A stretch of DNA of 64,000 nt from an uncultured Thermoplasmatales archaeon (GTDB taxonomy: Archaea > Thermoplasmatota > E2 > DHVEG-1): the NCBI GenBank assembly GCA_964638155.1, contig CAZWYI010000002.1, positions 5,727-69,726 of the forward strand, written 5' to 3'. Of this stretch, positions 1 to 9,294 are shown in pieces. How positions within the stretch are numbered: position 1 is the stretch's first letter; every line of letters begins with the position of its first letter. The translations under genes and the position numbers were made by a program. The notes under the pieces are model-generated. The model worked only from the letters and a program-made list of their open reading frames with translations. It was not told the origin of the DNA and made no database searches.

Positions 1-1949
1 AAACAAGAAAAAATAATGCTGTTTCAGAAGTTCTTGGAACAATTCTATTATTAGGTATTGCTGTTGCTATTTTTTCGGTTTTATATTTTATTGTTCTCTC
101 TGAGTCGTTTGAAACAAATGAATCTAATCCAACTATTTATGCGTTCATTGAAGGAAAAAACATAGTTCTCGAGCATAGAGGGGGAGATGAATTATCTGGA
201 AGTGACTATTTTTCTTATAAGATTAATGGTGTAACAAAAACCATTTTTGTGAAGGATAACTATGAAGATTATAACGTTGATAATCTATGGAATTTTGGAG
301 AAAGAATATATATTCCAATTGGGGAGTTTAATCTGGCAAATAAAAGCGTTGACATCTTCGGAGCAAAAACAGACGAAACGGAGAGTAGTATAGTATTCCA
401 AGGAATCTTAGATATTACGCCAGAAAATGATATTGGTGTTGAAGTTAGAATAGATGATTATGAACCAGAGATTTGGGATACAATACAAATATCAGTTATT
501 ATTCATAACTACAGAGGAGATATAAATGCAACAAACGTTAATATTAGCTTTAAATTACCAGAGGGATTAGAGTATATTTACCATTCATTTATCTTCGACT
601 CAGGATATGAATCATCAAACTTTTCTTACGATAATGACACGGGATATTGCATCGTTGATAAAATCAAGGTCCGTGACTCAATTACACTTTTGGTAAATGC
701 AAAGGTTACTGATGAAGGTATGTACAGAGAAAAAACTCAGCTTGCCATGATTTTAGATGGTTCAGGTAGTATAAGTGAAGATGATTGGATTCTTATGAGA
801 AATGGATTGGCAAATGCAATTGAAAATAATTCAGTTTTCCCTCATGATGGATCTGTTGAGTTAACTGTGATCCAATTTGGGGGTACTTCTCCACCGAGAG
901 CAAAATTGGAGCTTGGTGGATCGCAGATAATTACAGAATCAAATTATGAATCTATTGCAGATGATATCAGAAATATTAAACAAATGATTGAATCTGGAGG
1001 TAGTGCAACACCAACTGCCTGTGGCATCAGACTTGCAGCTGATGAATTATATAATTCTGATTTTTATAGTTCTGATAGGAGACAAATAGTAAATCTTGTA
1101 ACTGATGGTTTGGCGAATTGTAGATGGATAGAAGATACATATAATGGTACTTGGCTTGGGAACGGTTGGGTTTATGAATCAAGTCATGGGCATGATGGAA
1201 GTACTCATTCTGCAAAATCTACTAACTCTAACTGGGGTGAGTTCATCAGTAAAGATATAGATACCTCCAATGCAAATTCGATACATATAGAGTTTTATCG
1301 GTATTTGTATTATACCGAAAGCAATGATTTAAAAATCTATTTCTATGATGGAACAAACTATAATATTATAGATGATGGGCTAGGAAGCGGTAGTGGATCT
1401 AGTTGGATATTTAAAGAATTTAATTTGAATATTAATGATAATCCAGAATATTTCACTGAGGATTTTAAAATTCGTTTTGATACTTCTTTGTCAAATTGGG
1501 AACGTATATGGATAGATGATGTTTTAGTAGAAACAGAATCAAAGATTCTACTTTATGATGATTTTGAGCAAGACCACTGGAATCAAAACTGGTCTAATTT
1601 TGGTAAATTCGATTCTGAAGAACAAATTCAATATCTTCTAGATCTTCTTGATATGCAGGAAGAAGATGATGAAATTGATTCACTTGCAATAGGCCCTGGG
1701 CCTGATAAATATTGGATAAAAAACAAGATTGTATGGCCTCAGCCAGGATATGAAGCACCACCATTTAACAGTGGTTCAGGATGGTTAAGTCATATTGATT
1801 CATTTGATGAATTTGAATATGCTACATCTGAAATGTTTAGAATTCAATTTTCAAAAATTAAATCAATCGTTAAATTAAATACAATGGATACAAGAGACCC
1901 ATATAGTGATAATGATGAATATACAATAGAGATAATTCCAAAAAATTAA
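1..1949 (+). CDS. Archaeal type IV pilin-like (class III signal peptide) N-terminus fused to a large extracellular region containing a von Willebrand factor A (vWA) domain. The 5' end lies upstream of the window.
   Basis: Frame 3 is open from nt 3 with no stop. Nt 3-248 translate to TRKNNAVSEVLGTILLLGIAVAIFSVLYFIVLSESFE..., the hydrophobic N-terminal helix typical of archaeal prepilins/archaellins. The ORF-track part 249-1949 carries the MIDAS-type vWA motif ILDGSGSISEDD, a GSGSGSS linker and many N-x-S/T sequons. Confidence 0.6.
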   Translation, partial: TRKNNAVSEVLGTILLLGIAVAIFSVLYFIVLSESFETNESNPTIYAFIEGKNIVLEHRGGDELSGSDYFSYKINGVTKTIFVKDNYEDYNVDNLWNFGERIYIPIGEFNLANKSVDIFGAKTDETESSIVFQGILDITPENDIGVEVRIDDYEPEIWDTIQISVIIHNYRGDINATNVNISFKLPEGLEYIYHSFIFDSGYESSNFSYDNDTGYCIVDKIKVRDSITLLVNAKVTDEGMYREKTQLAMILDGSGSISEDDWILMRNGLANAIENNSVFPHDGSVELTVIQFGGTSPPRAKLELGGSQIITESNYESIADDIRNIKQMIESGGSATPTACGIRLAADELYNSDFYSSDRRQIVNLVTDGLANCRWIEDTYNGTWLGNGWVYESSHGHDGSTHSAKSTNSNWGEFISKDIDTSNANSIHIEFYRYLYYTESNDLKIYFYDGTNYNIIDDGLGSGSGSSWIFKEFNLNINDNPEYFTEDFKIRFDTSLSNWERIWIDDVLVETESKILLYDDFEQDHWNQNWSNFGKFDSEEQIQYLLDLLDMQEEDDEIDSLAIGPGPDKYWIKNKIVWPQPGYEAPPFNSGSGWLSHIDSFDEFEYATSEMFRIQFSKIKSIVKLNTMDTRDPYSDNDEYTIEIIPKN

Positions 1950-1962
1950 TTTTTTTTTTTTT
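1950..1962 (+). terminator. Oligo-T tract (T13) immediately after the stop of the pilin/vWA gene; an archaeal-type intrinsic terminator. It overlaps the stop of the convergent minus-strand gene.
   Basis: taa at 1947-1949 is followed by 13 consecutive T. Archaeal termination typically uses oligo-T. Confidence 0.5.
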
Positions 1963-2542
1963 ATTCAATTTTAATTACTTTATCACAAAGTTGAGCTATC
2001 TCTGCTCTTACTTCGCGGTTTGTCCTATCAGTTAAAGAAATCATGATTCCACCGATAGCATTGATCCTCATTCTTGTAAAAATACTGTGCATAAAACGAG
2101 CAAAAACGTATGGTTCATTATGAATAAGCATTGTTGTTATAGAATCAATAAAAACAAATTTTTTCCCATCTAATTTTTTTATATGCTTATTAATTGAAAG
2201 AGAAATATCAGTTAATGAAGAAGCATTTTTTATAAACATAACATTATCTGCAGGCTCATCTGCGTTTTGATTTCTTGATATCAAATCAAGAATGTATACC
2301 TTTTGTGTATTGATTTTATTTCTTTGATAGTTGGCAATTAAATTTACATATGGTCTATTTGCAGAAACAATTATTCCATAATCATTTTGTTTTGTCAAAA
2401 ATTTTACAACCGCCATTGAAACTTCAGAGATATTTTCAGCACTTGTTTCAACTAGAACAATAAAATCTTTAGGAATATTATTTAATTCTTTATCTAATTT
2501 TTTTATATCAACCATTAAATCACTATGTAACAACTGAGCCAA
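1961..2542 (-). CDS. KaiC/RecA-fold domain protein lacking a Walker A P-loop (degenerate KaiC-like paralog, possibly a DUF257-like family).
   Basis: The C-terminal half (KKFVFIDSITTM...IGGIMISLTDR) mirrors the KaiC/RadA Walker-B/strand region. The N-terminal region, where GxxxxGKT/S should sit, reads DFIVLVETSAENISE with no P-loop. It is a paralog of the adjacent 207-aa protein. Confidence 0.45.
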   Translation of the reverse strand: MAQLLHSDLMVDIKKLDKELNNIPKDFIVLVETSAENISEVSMAVVKFLTKQNDYGIIVSANRPYVNLIANYQRNKINTQKVYILDLISRNQNADEPADNVMFIKNASSLTDISLSINKHIKKLDGKKFVFIDSITTMLIHNEPYVFARFMHSIFTRMRINAIGGIMISLTDRTNREVRAEIAQLCDKVIKIE

Positions 2543-2621
2543 TTTTTTACAATATATAAGTAATTTATTAACTTATCTATATAAAAATCCTTTGGTCAAT
2601 ATCTGTTTAAACACCTAAAAA

Positions 2622-3245
2622 TTAAGTAAAAACAGTGTTTTTTGTTAAATCATGAGAATAACTATCTTTAGGATTTGAGGTGTCAATAATTCCATCAGCA
2701 TAAGAAATAAAACTATTTACAATATTTTTTTTAGAAAGCTCCTTAGCAACATTTACCACAAAAAGCGTGTTTCCAAATTTTTTCTTGCTTATTTCATCTA
2801 AAATTTTTTTTGTAAAGTCGTCTAACCATATATCTTGATTACAAAGAGCCATTGTGTTTAATGAATCAATAAAAACAAATTTTTTATCTCCCTTTATTTT
2901 TTTAATTGATCTTAATATCTCCTCATACAGCTTTTCAAGATTTTTTTTATTGGAATAATCCAAAAATAAAATATTTTTTTTATCCAAATTATTTTTTCCT
3001 ATCCAATATATAAGGTTTTTTAAAGGTCTTTGAAAACTTACAAAAATTCCTCTATAATCTTTCTCTAATAAAATTTTTAGAGATATAGCATTATTCTTAG
3101 AATACAGCTCTGAAGAATGTTTAAGTAAAATAAGATTAGACTTATTGTTTTTTACATTAGTATACTCAACAATTGAACGTTTTATATTTTCTAAATTATC
3201 AAAATCATATTTAAGTTCAGACATCCCATCTGTCACCAAAAACAA
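2622..3245 (-). CDS. KaiC/RecA-fold domain protein lacking Walker A (second degenerate KaiC-like paralog).
   Basis: It shares the KKFVFIDSLNTM motif and overall architecture with the 193-aa neighbor and has no GKT/S P-loop. Confidence 0.45.
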   Translation of the reverse strand: MFLVTDGMSELKYDFDNLENIKRSIVEYTNVKNNKSNLILLKHSSELYSKNNAISLKILLEKDYRGIFVSFQRPLKNLIYWIGKNNLDKKNILFLDYSNKKNLEKLYEEILRSIKKIKGDKKFVFIDSLNTMALCNQDIWLDDFTKKILDEISKKKFGNTLFVVNVAKELSKKNIVNSFISYADGIIDTSNPKDSYSHDLTKNTVFT

Positions 3246-3304
3246 AATAATTTACACTATATTTAAAATTTCCTAATTAGATTAAATAAAAACTATAATT
3301 TATT

Positions 3305-4132
3305 TCATTTAAAGTTAAGTCCACCAAATACTTCTTGATCCGGATGAACTATTATACCTTCATCAGTTATTTGCATAGCAACAGTTTTTTTCTCATGCTT
3401 TTCCCCTCGCATTTTTAAAACTTCAATAGCTGTTTCTCTAATATTTTCCCGTCTAATATTATAAAAAACAATTACTCCATCTGCAAGAAATTCTTCTACT
3501 CCCGTGGGAGAATAAACCTCAGGCAATTGCTTAGTCTCTGTTATTAAAAGATTGGTACTTCCTACTTTTTCAAAGAATCTAAAAAGCCGCTCGATATAAA
3601 ATCTATATGATTGTTCTTTACCTCTAAAAGTTGAGGATATAGCAGTTAATGAGTCAATAACTATAAAATCAGGATGAAAACCATCTTCTTGACTAGTAAC
3701 TGAAAGAGGTTCAAGTTCCATTAAAAGAGGATCAATATCTTTTGTCATCATAGCCTGCATATCTCCTCCCATATTTTTGTTCTTATTATAATAATAAATT
3801 TCACTAGTTAGAAAACGCTTTATTTTTAAATTACCTGATTTAATTAATTTTTCCGGATTCCATCCAAAATCCTTCATATGTTCAATAAGGTTATCTTTTG
3901 ATTCTTCAAAACTCATATAATAACATTTTTTACCCTTAGCTGCCTGATGTGCAAGTGTTTGGAGACAAAATATAGTTTTACCTGCACCTGTTCCACCTGC
4001 AATAACGATAGGTGCACCTTTTGGAATGCCATGTTTAAAAAGCTTGTCAAAACCAGGTACACCGGTTTTAATATATTCTTTTTTATTTTCTTTATTTTTA
4101 GCCATATTATTTATCTCCATCGGCCCTAACAA
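3305..4132 (-). CDS. KaiC/RadA-like RecA-superfamily ATPase with intact Walker A and B. The start is probably the internal Met MAKNKENKK (~nt 4105).
   Basis: Walker A VIAGGTGAGKTIFCLQ, Walker B-like FIVIDSLTAI, and the KaiC-type C-terminal region ETAIEVLKMRGEKHEKK. Confidence 0.7.
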   Translation of the reverse strand: MLGPMEINNMAKNKENKKEYIKTGVPGFDKLFKHGIPKGAPIVIAGGTGAGKTIFCLQTLAHQAAKGKKCYYMSFEESKDNLIEHMKDFGWNPEKLIKSGNLKIKRFLTSEIYYYNKNKNMGGDMQAMMTKDIDPLLMELEPLSVTSQEDGFHPDFIVIDSLTAISSTFRGKEQSYRFYIERLFRFFEKVGSTNLLITETKQLPEVYSPTGVEEFLADGVIVFYNIRRENIRETAIEVLKMRGEKHEKKTVAMQITDEGIIVHPDQEVFGGLNFK

Positions 4133-4238
4133 TAAATGGAGAGTATAACTCCTCGCCCCATTTTCATGTCATAGATAATGTTTTTATTTAAATGAGTTTT
4201 GGAAACTTTTAAAAACAAGTTGTAAATATCCACCAAAC

Positions 4239-4406
4239 ATGGCAGTAACTATTGATAAGGAAAAATGTACAGCATGCGGTGCTTGTGTCGATGTATGTCC
4301 AGTTGATGCAATAAAAATAGAAGATAAAGCAGTAGTAGATGAAGAAACATGTATTGATTGTGGAACCTGCGTTGATGAGTGTCCCGTAGAAGCTATTTCT
4401 TTATAA
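4239..4406 (+). CDS. 2x[4Fe-4S] ferredoxin (55 aa); not in the ORF track because it is under 60 aa.
   Basis: ATG at 4239 translates to MAVTIDKEKCTACGACVDVCPVDAIKIEDKAVVDEETCIDCGTCVDECPVEAISL* with two CxxCxxCxxxCP motifs. A TATA-like tttatttaaa lies ~50 nt upstream. Confidence 0.75.
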   Translation: MAVTIDKEKCTACGACVDVCPVDAIKIEDKAVVDEETCIDCGTCVDECPVEAISL

Positions 4407-4442
4407 AATTGTTTTATATCCTCCAATAGGGGGATATCTTTC

Positions 4443-4943
4443 TTAATTTTTTGAATTTGAATATTTAAGACAAATTTCTGCAAGTTCTTCAGGACAGCCT
4501 GATAGTTTACCTGTTTTTATGTATTCTTTTAATCTTTTAAGCCAGAATGGTGTAACATTACATTTGTTGACAACTTCAACAAATTTAATAACTGAATTCA
4601 TTGTTTTTTTATGAAGGATATGCTCCATTTCACAGGCATCTATTTCTGCTGTTTTTTTGTCAACTCCAATTAAAATTAAAAACTCTAGTAGTTTGTTATG
4701 TCTTTCAATTGTTTTTTTAGCAATTATTTTACCTTTTTTTGTAAGAGAAACGCCCCCGTATTTTTTATAATTGATATATCCTTCTTCACCAAGCTTTTGT
4801 ATTACTTCAGTTACACTTGAAGGTTTTATATTAAATGATGATGCGATATCATTTGTGTGAACTTTATCCATTTTTTTCCCAAGGTTATATAAAAGTTCTA
4901 AATAATCTTCAATTGTTTTTTGTCTCAGTTCTTCACACTCCAA
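4443..4943 (-). CDS. DtxR/MntR-family metal-dependent transcriptional repressor.
   Basis: N-terminal wHTH (EDYLELLYNLGKK...TNDIASSFNIKPSSVTEVIQKL) plus a C-terminal metal-binding/dimerisation region. It is co-oriented and overlapping with feoB. Confidence 0.65.
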   Translation of the reverse strand: MECEELRQKTIEDYLELLYNLGKKMDKVHTNDIASSFNIKPSSVTEVIQKLGEEGYINYKKYGGVSLTKKGKIIAKKTIERHNKLLEFLILIGVDKKTAEIDACEMEHILHKKTMNSVIKFVEVVNKCNVTPFWLKRLKEYIKTGKLSGCPEELAEICLKYSNSKN

Positions 4944-6687
4944 TCAATATTAGTCTTAAAATAATTCCAACTATTGTTGCTGCACCAAGCATAATAATTG
5001 CTGATTTTATCATGTCTTTCACTCCTAGTTCTTTTATCATAACAGCAAAGGTTGCAATACATGGGAAAAACATAGTAAGCATTGTAGCAACTATTACTAG
5101 TTGCATAGCACTGAATGTTCCTGAGGGAAAACTTAGAAGAGTGCCTACTGCTAGATCTTTTCTTAAAAATCCACTTATTAACACAACAGATGTTTCTCCA
5201 GGTAGGCCAAATAATCCGGTCATTATTGGTTTAAATGCTTGAGCTAAAAAATCAATTACTCCTATTGTATATAATATATTTATAGCAAGTACTCCAAAAA
5301 ACATCCATGGTAGAGCATCTTTTAAAAACCATTTTATTCTCATCCAGGTTTTTTTTAGTGTTGTTTTAAAATGAGGAACTCTATAGTTTGGAATTTCTAA
5401 AAATATCTCTGGACTAGTTCCTTTTATGAATTTATTTAAAATTATTCCTACTATAAAGTAGATAATAATTAGTGATGAAAAAACCATTAAGATATATATT
5501 ATTGGAAGAAATTGTAAACTTCCTTTTATTTTTTCATCTGAAAACATTGCAAATATTAAAGAAGTTTGAGCCATACATGGAACTGCAATTGATAGAAGGG
5601 TTGCTGCAATAAACCTTTGTTTTCTTGTCTCCAGAGATCGTGTTGCAAGCATACCTGGGACATTGCAACCAAGTCCAAGAAAAACAGGTATTATTCCGTA
5701 TCCATGCATTCCTAGTTTGTGAAAAATATTATCAAGGAGAGTTGCTAGACGTGGCAAGTATCCGGTATCTTCTAGTAGTGATAACATAAAGTAAAATGCT
5801 ATAATATATGGTAATACCATACCAATTGGAACGTAGAGTCCTGTTGTTAGCATCCCAAGTGATTCTAAGAAATTTATTTCTCCATAAGTTTGACTTATCA
5901 AAAATTTATATAAGGGCCCAGGTCCTAAAATTTCTCCTAAACTTGTAATTATAGGTCTATATAGATTTTCAAATATTGGATCTAAAATATATGTTATTAA
6001 GTTTTCACCAATTAATCTAACTATCCAAAATGATAGAAAAATAATTGCTATTGCAATTGGTAGACCAGTCAAGGGTTTTATTGTTAAATCAGATATTTTA
6101 TCTTTTATGCTATGATGTTTATGCTCTATTTTTTCAACTTCTTTTATTATTTTTCCAATTTCAATCCATCTGCCCTCTTCACTTGTAGGTTTTATTTTAT
6201 CTGCCGTCTTTGCATTTTTTATATTTGAAACAAGTTCTTTTATTCCTTCACCAGTTAATGCTACTATTGGAATCGTTGGCACGTTAAGCATTTTTTTTAG
6301 TTTTTTTTCATCAATATTAATTCCAGTGTGTTTTGTTTCATCCCACATGTTAAGTGCTAAAACAACTGGGATATCTTTTTCTAAAAGTTCTAAGGTAAGA
6401 TACAGGTTTCTTTCAAGGTTTGTTGCATCTAAAACATTTATTACAACATCAGCATCTTCAAGAAGTTCCCCTGCTACTTTTTCTGATTTGTTAGAGGGGT
6501 CAAGTGAATAAGTTCCAGGTGCGTCTATTATTTCAACGGTTTTTCCATCAAGCCTCATTTTTCCTTTTGAAAAATCAACTGTTGTCCCCGGATAATTGGA
6601 AGAAATTACATGCGCACCTGTAAGGCGAGAAAATACAACACTTTTTCCGACATTTGGGTTTCCCATTAGAACAATTTTTTTTATCAT
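4933..6687 (-). CDS. feoB: Ferrous iron transporter FeoB (N-terminal G-domain plus polytopic permease).
   Basis: G1 motif LMGNPNVGKS, G-domain motifs, long multi-pass membrane C-terminus; the stop overlaps the dtxR start. Confidence 0.85.
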   Translation of the reverse strand: MIKKIVLMGNPNVGKSVVFSRLTGAHVISSNYPGTTVDFSKGKMRLDGKTVEIIDAPGTYSLDPSNKSEKVAGELLEDADVVINVLDATNLERNLYLTLELLEKDIPVVLALNMWDETKHTGINIDEKKLKKMLNVPTIPIVALTGEGIKELVSNIKNAKTADKIKPTSEEGRWIEIGKIIKEVEKIEHKHHSIKDKISDLTIKPLTGLPIAIAIIFLSFWIVRLIGENLITYILDPIFENLYRPIITSLGEILGPGPLYKFLISQTYGEINFLESLGMLTTGLYVPIGMVLPYIIAFYFMLSLLEDTGYLPRLATLLDNIFHKLGMHGYGIIPVFLGLGCNVPGMLATRSLETRKQRFIAATLLSIAVPCMAQTSLIFAMFSDEKIKGSLQFLPIIYILMVFSSLIIIYFIVGIILNKFIKGTSPEIFLEIPNYRVPHFKTTLKKTWMRIKWFLKDALPWMFFGVLAINILYTIGVIDFLAQAFKPIMTGLFGLPGETSVVLISGFLRKDLAVGTLLSFPSGTFSAMQLVIVATMLTMFFPCIATFAVMIKELGVKDMIKSAIIMLGAATIVGIILRLILIGV

Positions 6688-6932
6688 ATCTCTTCAACAA
6701 GTATCTTGGATGCCATACCTCTTCCGATTGTCATATTACATCGCCCTGCAGAAATTGTTAATGGCCCAAATAAGGGCTGCTTGGATATTACTTCTACAGT
6801 TTGCCCTTCTCTTAGTCCCATTACACACATACGTCTGTGAAAATGCCGACCTTTATGTATTTTTACAATTTTTGCTTTTTTATTAACTGGTAATTCTGAT
6901 AAGGTTTTGATACTCTCTGCCATAACAATCAC
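6684..6932 (-). CDS. feoA: FeoA-family small protein. The ORF track uses a GTG start; a more likely ATG start is at 6923.
   Basis: ~80 aa SH3-like FeoA (KIVKIHKGRHFHRRMCVMGLREGQTVEV), with 4-nt overlap onto feoB. Confidence 0.7.
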   Translation of the reverse strand: MIVMAESIKTLSELPVNKKAKIVKIHKGRHFHRRMCVMGLREGQTVEVISKQPLFGPLTISAGRCNMTIGRGMASKILVEEI

Positions 6933-6936
6933 ATTT

Positions 6937-7002
6937 TTAGGTATGCCTAAATATTACTATATATGTACTAGTTTAAATAAATTTTGGTATACCTAAATAT
7001 TA
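6937..7002. promoter_or_regulatory. Two tandem ~18-bp boxes ((T)GGTAT(G/A)CCTAAATATTA) resembling DtxR/IdeR iron boxes, just upstream of feoA.
   Basis: ttaggtatgcctaaatatta at 6937-6956 and ttggtatacctaaatatta at 6984-7002. The first shows the palindromic TTAGG...CCTAA core and matches 13/19 positions of the canonical TTAGGTTAGCCTAACCTAA. The second contains the perfect palindrome GGTATACC. Confidence 0.4.
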
Positions 7003-7020
7003 TAAAAAAAGAAAAGAAAA

Positions 7021-8151
7021 TTATGCTATAGTAACATCATTACAAAGATAAACGTCCTGTATAGCATTTAAAAGTTTAATTCCTTCTTCCATTGGTCTTT
7101 GGAAAGCCTTTCTTCCTGAAATAAGACCAGTACCGCCTGCACGTTTATTGATTACAGCAGTCCTGACAGCTTGAGCAAAATCATTTTCACCAGATGCACC
7201 GCCACTGTTAATAAGTCCAACTCGTCCCATATAGCAATTTACAATTTGCCAGCGGACCATATCTATAGGATGATCAGAACAAAGTTCATTATATGCTTTT
7301 TCACTCCATTTACCAAAATTCACATTTTTATTGTTTAATGCTATATATCCACCATTAATTGTAGCCTGTTTTTGTTTGACAATATCTGCTTCAATTGTAG
7401 CACCTAGATGGTTTGCCTGACCTGTTAGATCAGCAGAAGAATGATAGTCTTTACCTTTTATTTTAAACGCAGAATTACGAAGATAACACCATAGAATAGT
7501 GCCCATACCAAGTTCATGAGCCCATTTAAATGCATCACTTACTTCTTGAATTTGCCTGTTATTTCTTTCTTTTTCAGATCCAAAATAGATTGTAGCACCA
7601 ACAGCTGCAGCACCCATATCCCATGCCTGCTCAACATCTGAAAACATAATTTGATCATACTCATTTGGATAACTTAAAAGCTCATTATGGTTAATCTTTA
7701 CAATAAAAGGGATACGATGAGCGTACTTTCGTGAAATCATTCCAAGAACGCCAAGTGTACTAGCAACAGCATTACACCCGCCTTTTATTGCAAGTTCAAT
7801 AATATTTTCAGGATCAAAATAGATTGGATTAGGTGCAAACGAAGCATTGGCAGAGTGCTCTACACCCTGATCAACCGGTAAAACAGATACATAACCAGTG
7901 CCTCTAAGCCTTCCATTATTAAAAATGGATTTAAGATTTCTAAGAACTTGAGTGTTTCTATCAGAGTTTGTAAAAATCCTATCAACAAAACTAGGTCCAG
8001 GAAGATTTAACGATTCTTTGTTTATTTTAGGTGTATCAAAATTAAGTAAATAATCTGTTTTATCGCCTAAAAAATTTTTAATCTGCTCTATTTTACTATT
8101 ATTCATATAATTCTTAATCTCCTCAGTTGATTCCATATGAAACCCTCTCAC
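7021..8151 (-). CDS. fbaB: Class I fructose-bisphosphate aldolase, DhnA/FbaB type.
   Basis: Near-colinear match to recalled E. coli FbaB (…[39 protein letters not shown]…[11 protein letters not shown]…[23 protein letters not shown]…[19 protein letters not shown]). Confidence 0.8.
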   Translation of the reverse strand: MRGFHMESTEEIKNYMNNSKIEQIKNFLGDKTDYLLNFDTPKINKESLNLPGPSFVDRIFTNSDRNTQVLRNLKSIFNNGRLRGTGYVSVLPVDQGVEHSANASFAPNPIYFDPENIIELAIKGGCNAVASTLGVLGMISRKYAHRIPFIVKINHNELLSYPNEYDQIMFSDVEQAWDMGAAAVGATIYFGSEKERNNRQIQEVSDAFKWAHELGMGTILWCYLRNSAFKIKGKDYHSSADLTGQANHLGATIEADIVKQKQATINGGYIALNNKNVNFGKWSEKAYNELCSDHPIDMVRWQIVNCYMGRVGLINSGGASGENDFAQAVRTAVINKRAGGTGLISGRKAFQRPMEEGIKLLNAIQDVYLCNDVTIA

Positions 8152-8197
8152 AAAATAAAAGAAATATTTTCAAGCAGAAAAACTTTCTGGTAAAAAC

Positions 8198-9178
8198 CTA
8201 AAACTCTCCGTCTTTATATCGCTTGCTGAGTTTTTCAATCATATCTTTTGTCATTTTTGATAGATCATAATTAGGATTCCATCCCCATTCTTCACGAGCA
8301 GGGCTATCATCAAGTGAGCTGGGCCAAGAATCAGCTATCTCTTGTCTGAAATCAGGTTTAAACTCACATTTAAACTCAGGTATGTGTTTTTTTATTTCAT
8401 CAGCTAATGCCCCGGCACTAAAACTCATACTGCCAAGATTAAAATCACAATGATGTTTTAAATTTGAAATATCTGCATCCATTAAATCAATTGTTCCCTT
8501 AATGCAATCTGGCATATACATCATCGGAAGGGTTGTATCTTTTTTTACAAAACAGGTATATTTTTTATTTTTTATAGCTTCATAAAATATTTCAACAGCA
8601 TAATCAGTAGTACCTCCTCCAGGAGGTGTTTCACTACTTATTATTCCAGGGTATCTTACTCCTCGTATATCTAAATTAAATCGTTTGAAATAATAATCCC
8701 CTAAAAGTTCTCCAGCAACCTTTGTAACACCATACATAGTTTTAGGTTTAAGTATAGTATCATTAGGAGTATTTTCTTTTGGTGTCTCTGGTCCAAAAGC
8801 AGCTATACTACTTGGGACAAAAACACGTGTCATATCATATTCACGTGCTATTTCTAAAATATTATGCATTCCATTGATATTTACATCCCAACAAAGAAGG
8901 GGTTTTTCTTCACCTACCGCAGAAAGTATTGCCGCCATATTATAGATTGTATCAATATCATATTTTTTTACAATTTTTTCAACACTTTCTTTATCAACAA
9001 TATCTATACCTAATTCAAACGGTCCAGAATCACGTAGTTTTTTACTAGGTTTTGTTTTTCTTCCACATGCGATAACATTATCATTTCCAAATTTTTCACG
9101 TAAAGCAATTGTTAGTTCTGAACCAATTTGTCCGACTGCACCTGTAACCATTATTTTTTTCATTTGTTTTTTTGACAT
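8198..9178 (-). CDS. NAD-dependent epimerase/dehydratase-fold L-threonine 3-dehydrogenase-like enzyme.
   Basis: Rossmann motif VTGAVGQIGSEL, catalytic YGVTK, and the C-terminal KKHIPEFKCEFKPDFRQ that closely matches recalled UDP-galactose-4-epimerase-like TDH sequences. Confidence 0.55.
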   Translation of the reverse strand: MSKKQMKKIMVTGAVGQIGSELTIALREKFGNDNVIACGRKTKPSKKLRDSGPFELGIDIVDKESVEKIVKKYDIDTIYNMAAILSAVGEEKPLLCWDVNINGMHNILEIAREYDMTRVFVPSSIAAFGPETPKENTPNDTILKPKTMYGVTKVAGELLGDYYFKRFNLDIRGVRYPGIISSETPPGGGTTDYAVEIFYEAIKNKKYTCFVKKDTTLPMMYMPDCIKGTIDLMDADISNLKHHCDFNLGSMSFSAGALADEIKKHIPEFKCEFKPDFRQEIADSWPSSLDDSPAREEWGWNPNYDLSKMTKDMIEKLSKRYKDGEF

Positions 9179-9294
9179 ATAAGTATAATCCCCCGGTTAG
9201 GAAACCTGAAATAAAAATAAGTATATACATAGTTTACTGTTTAACAAAAAAAGAAAATATTAAAATCAAAATAAGAAAAGAAAAATATGTTTTA

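Noticed and set aside
4184-4483. 99-aa minus-strand ORF in the track
   Set aside because: Antisense to the clean ferredoxin gene; low-complexity Ser/Thr/His-rich translation; no start context.
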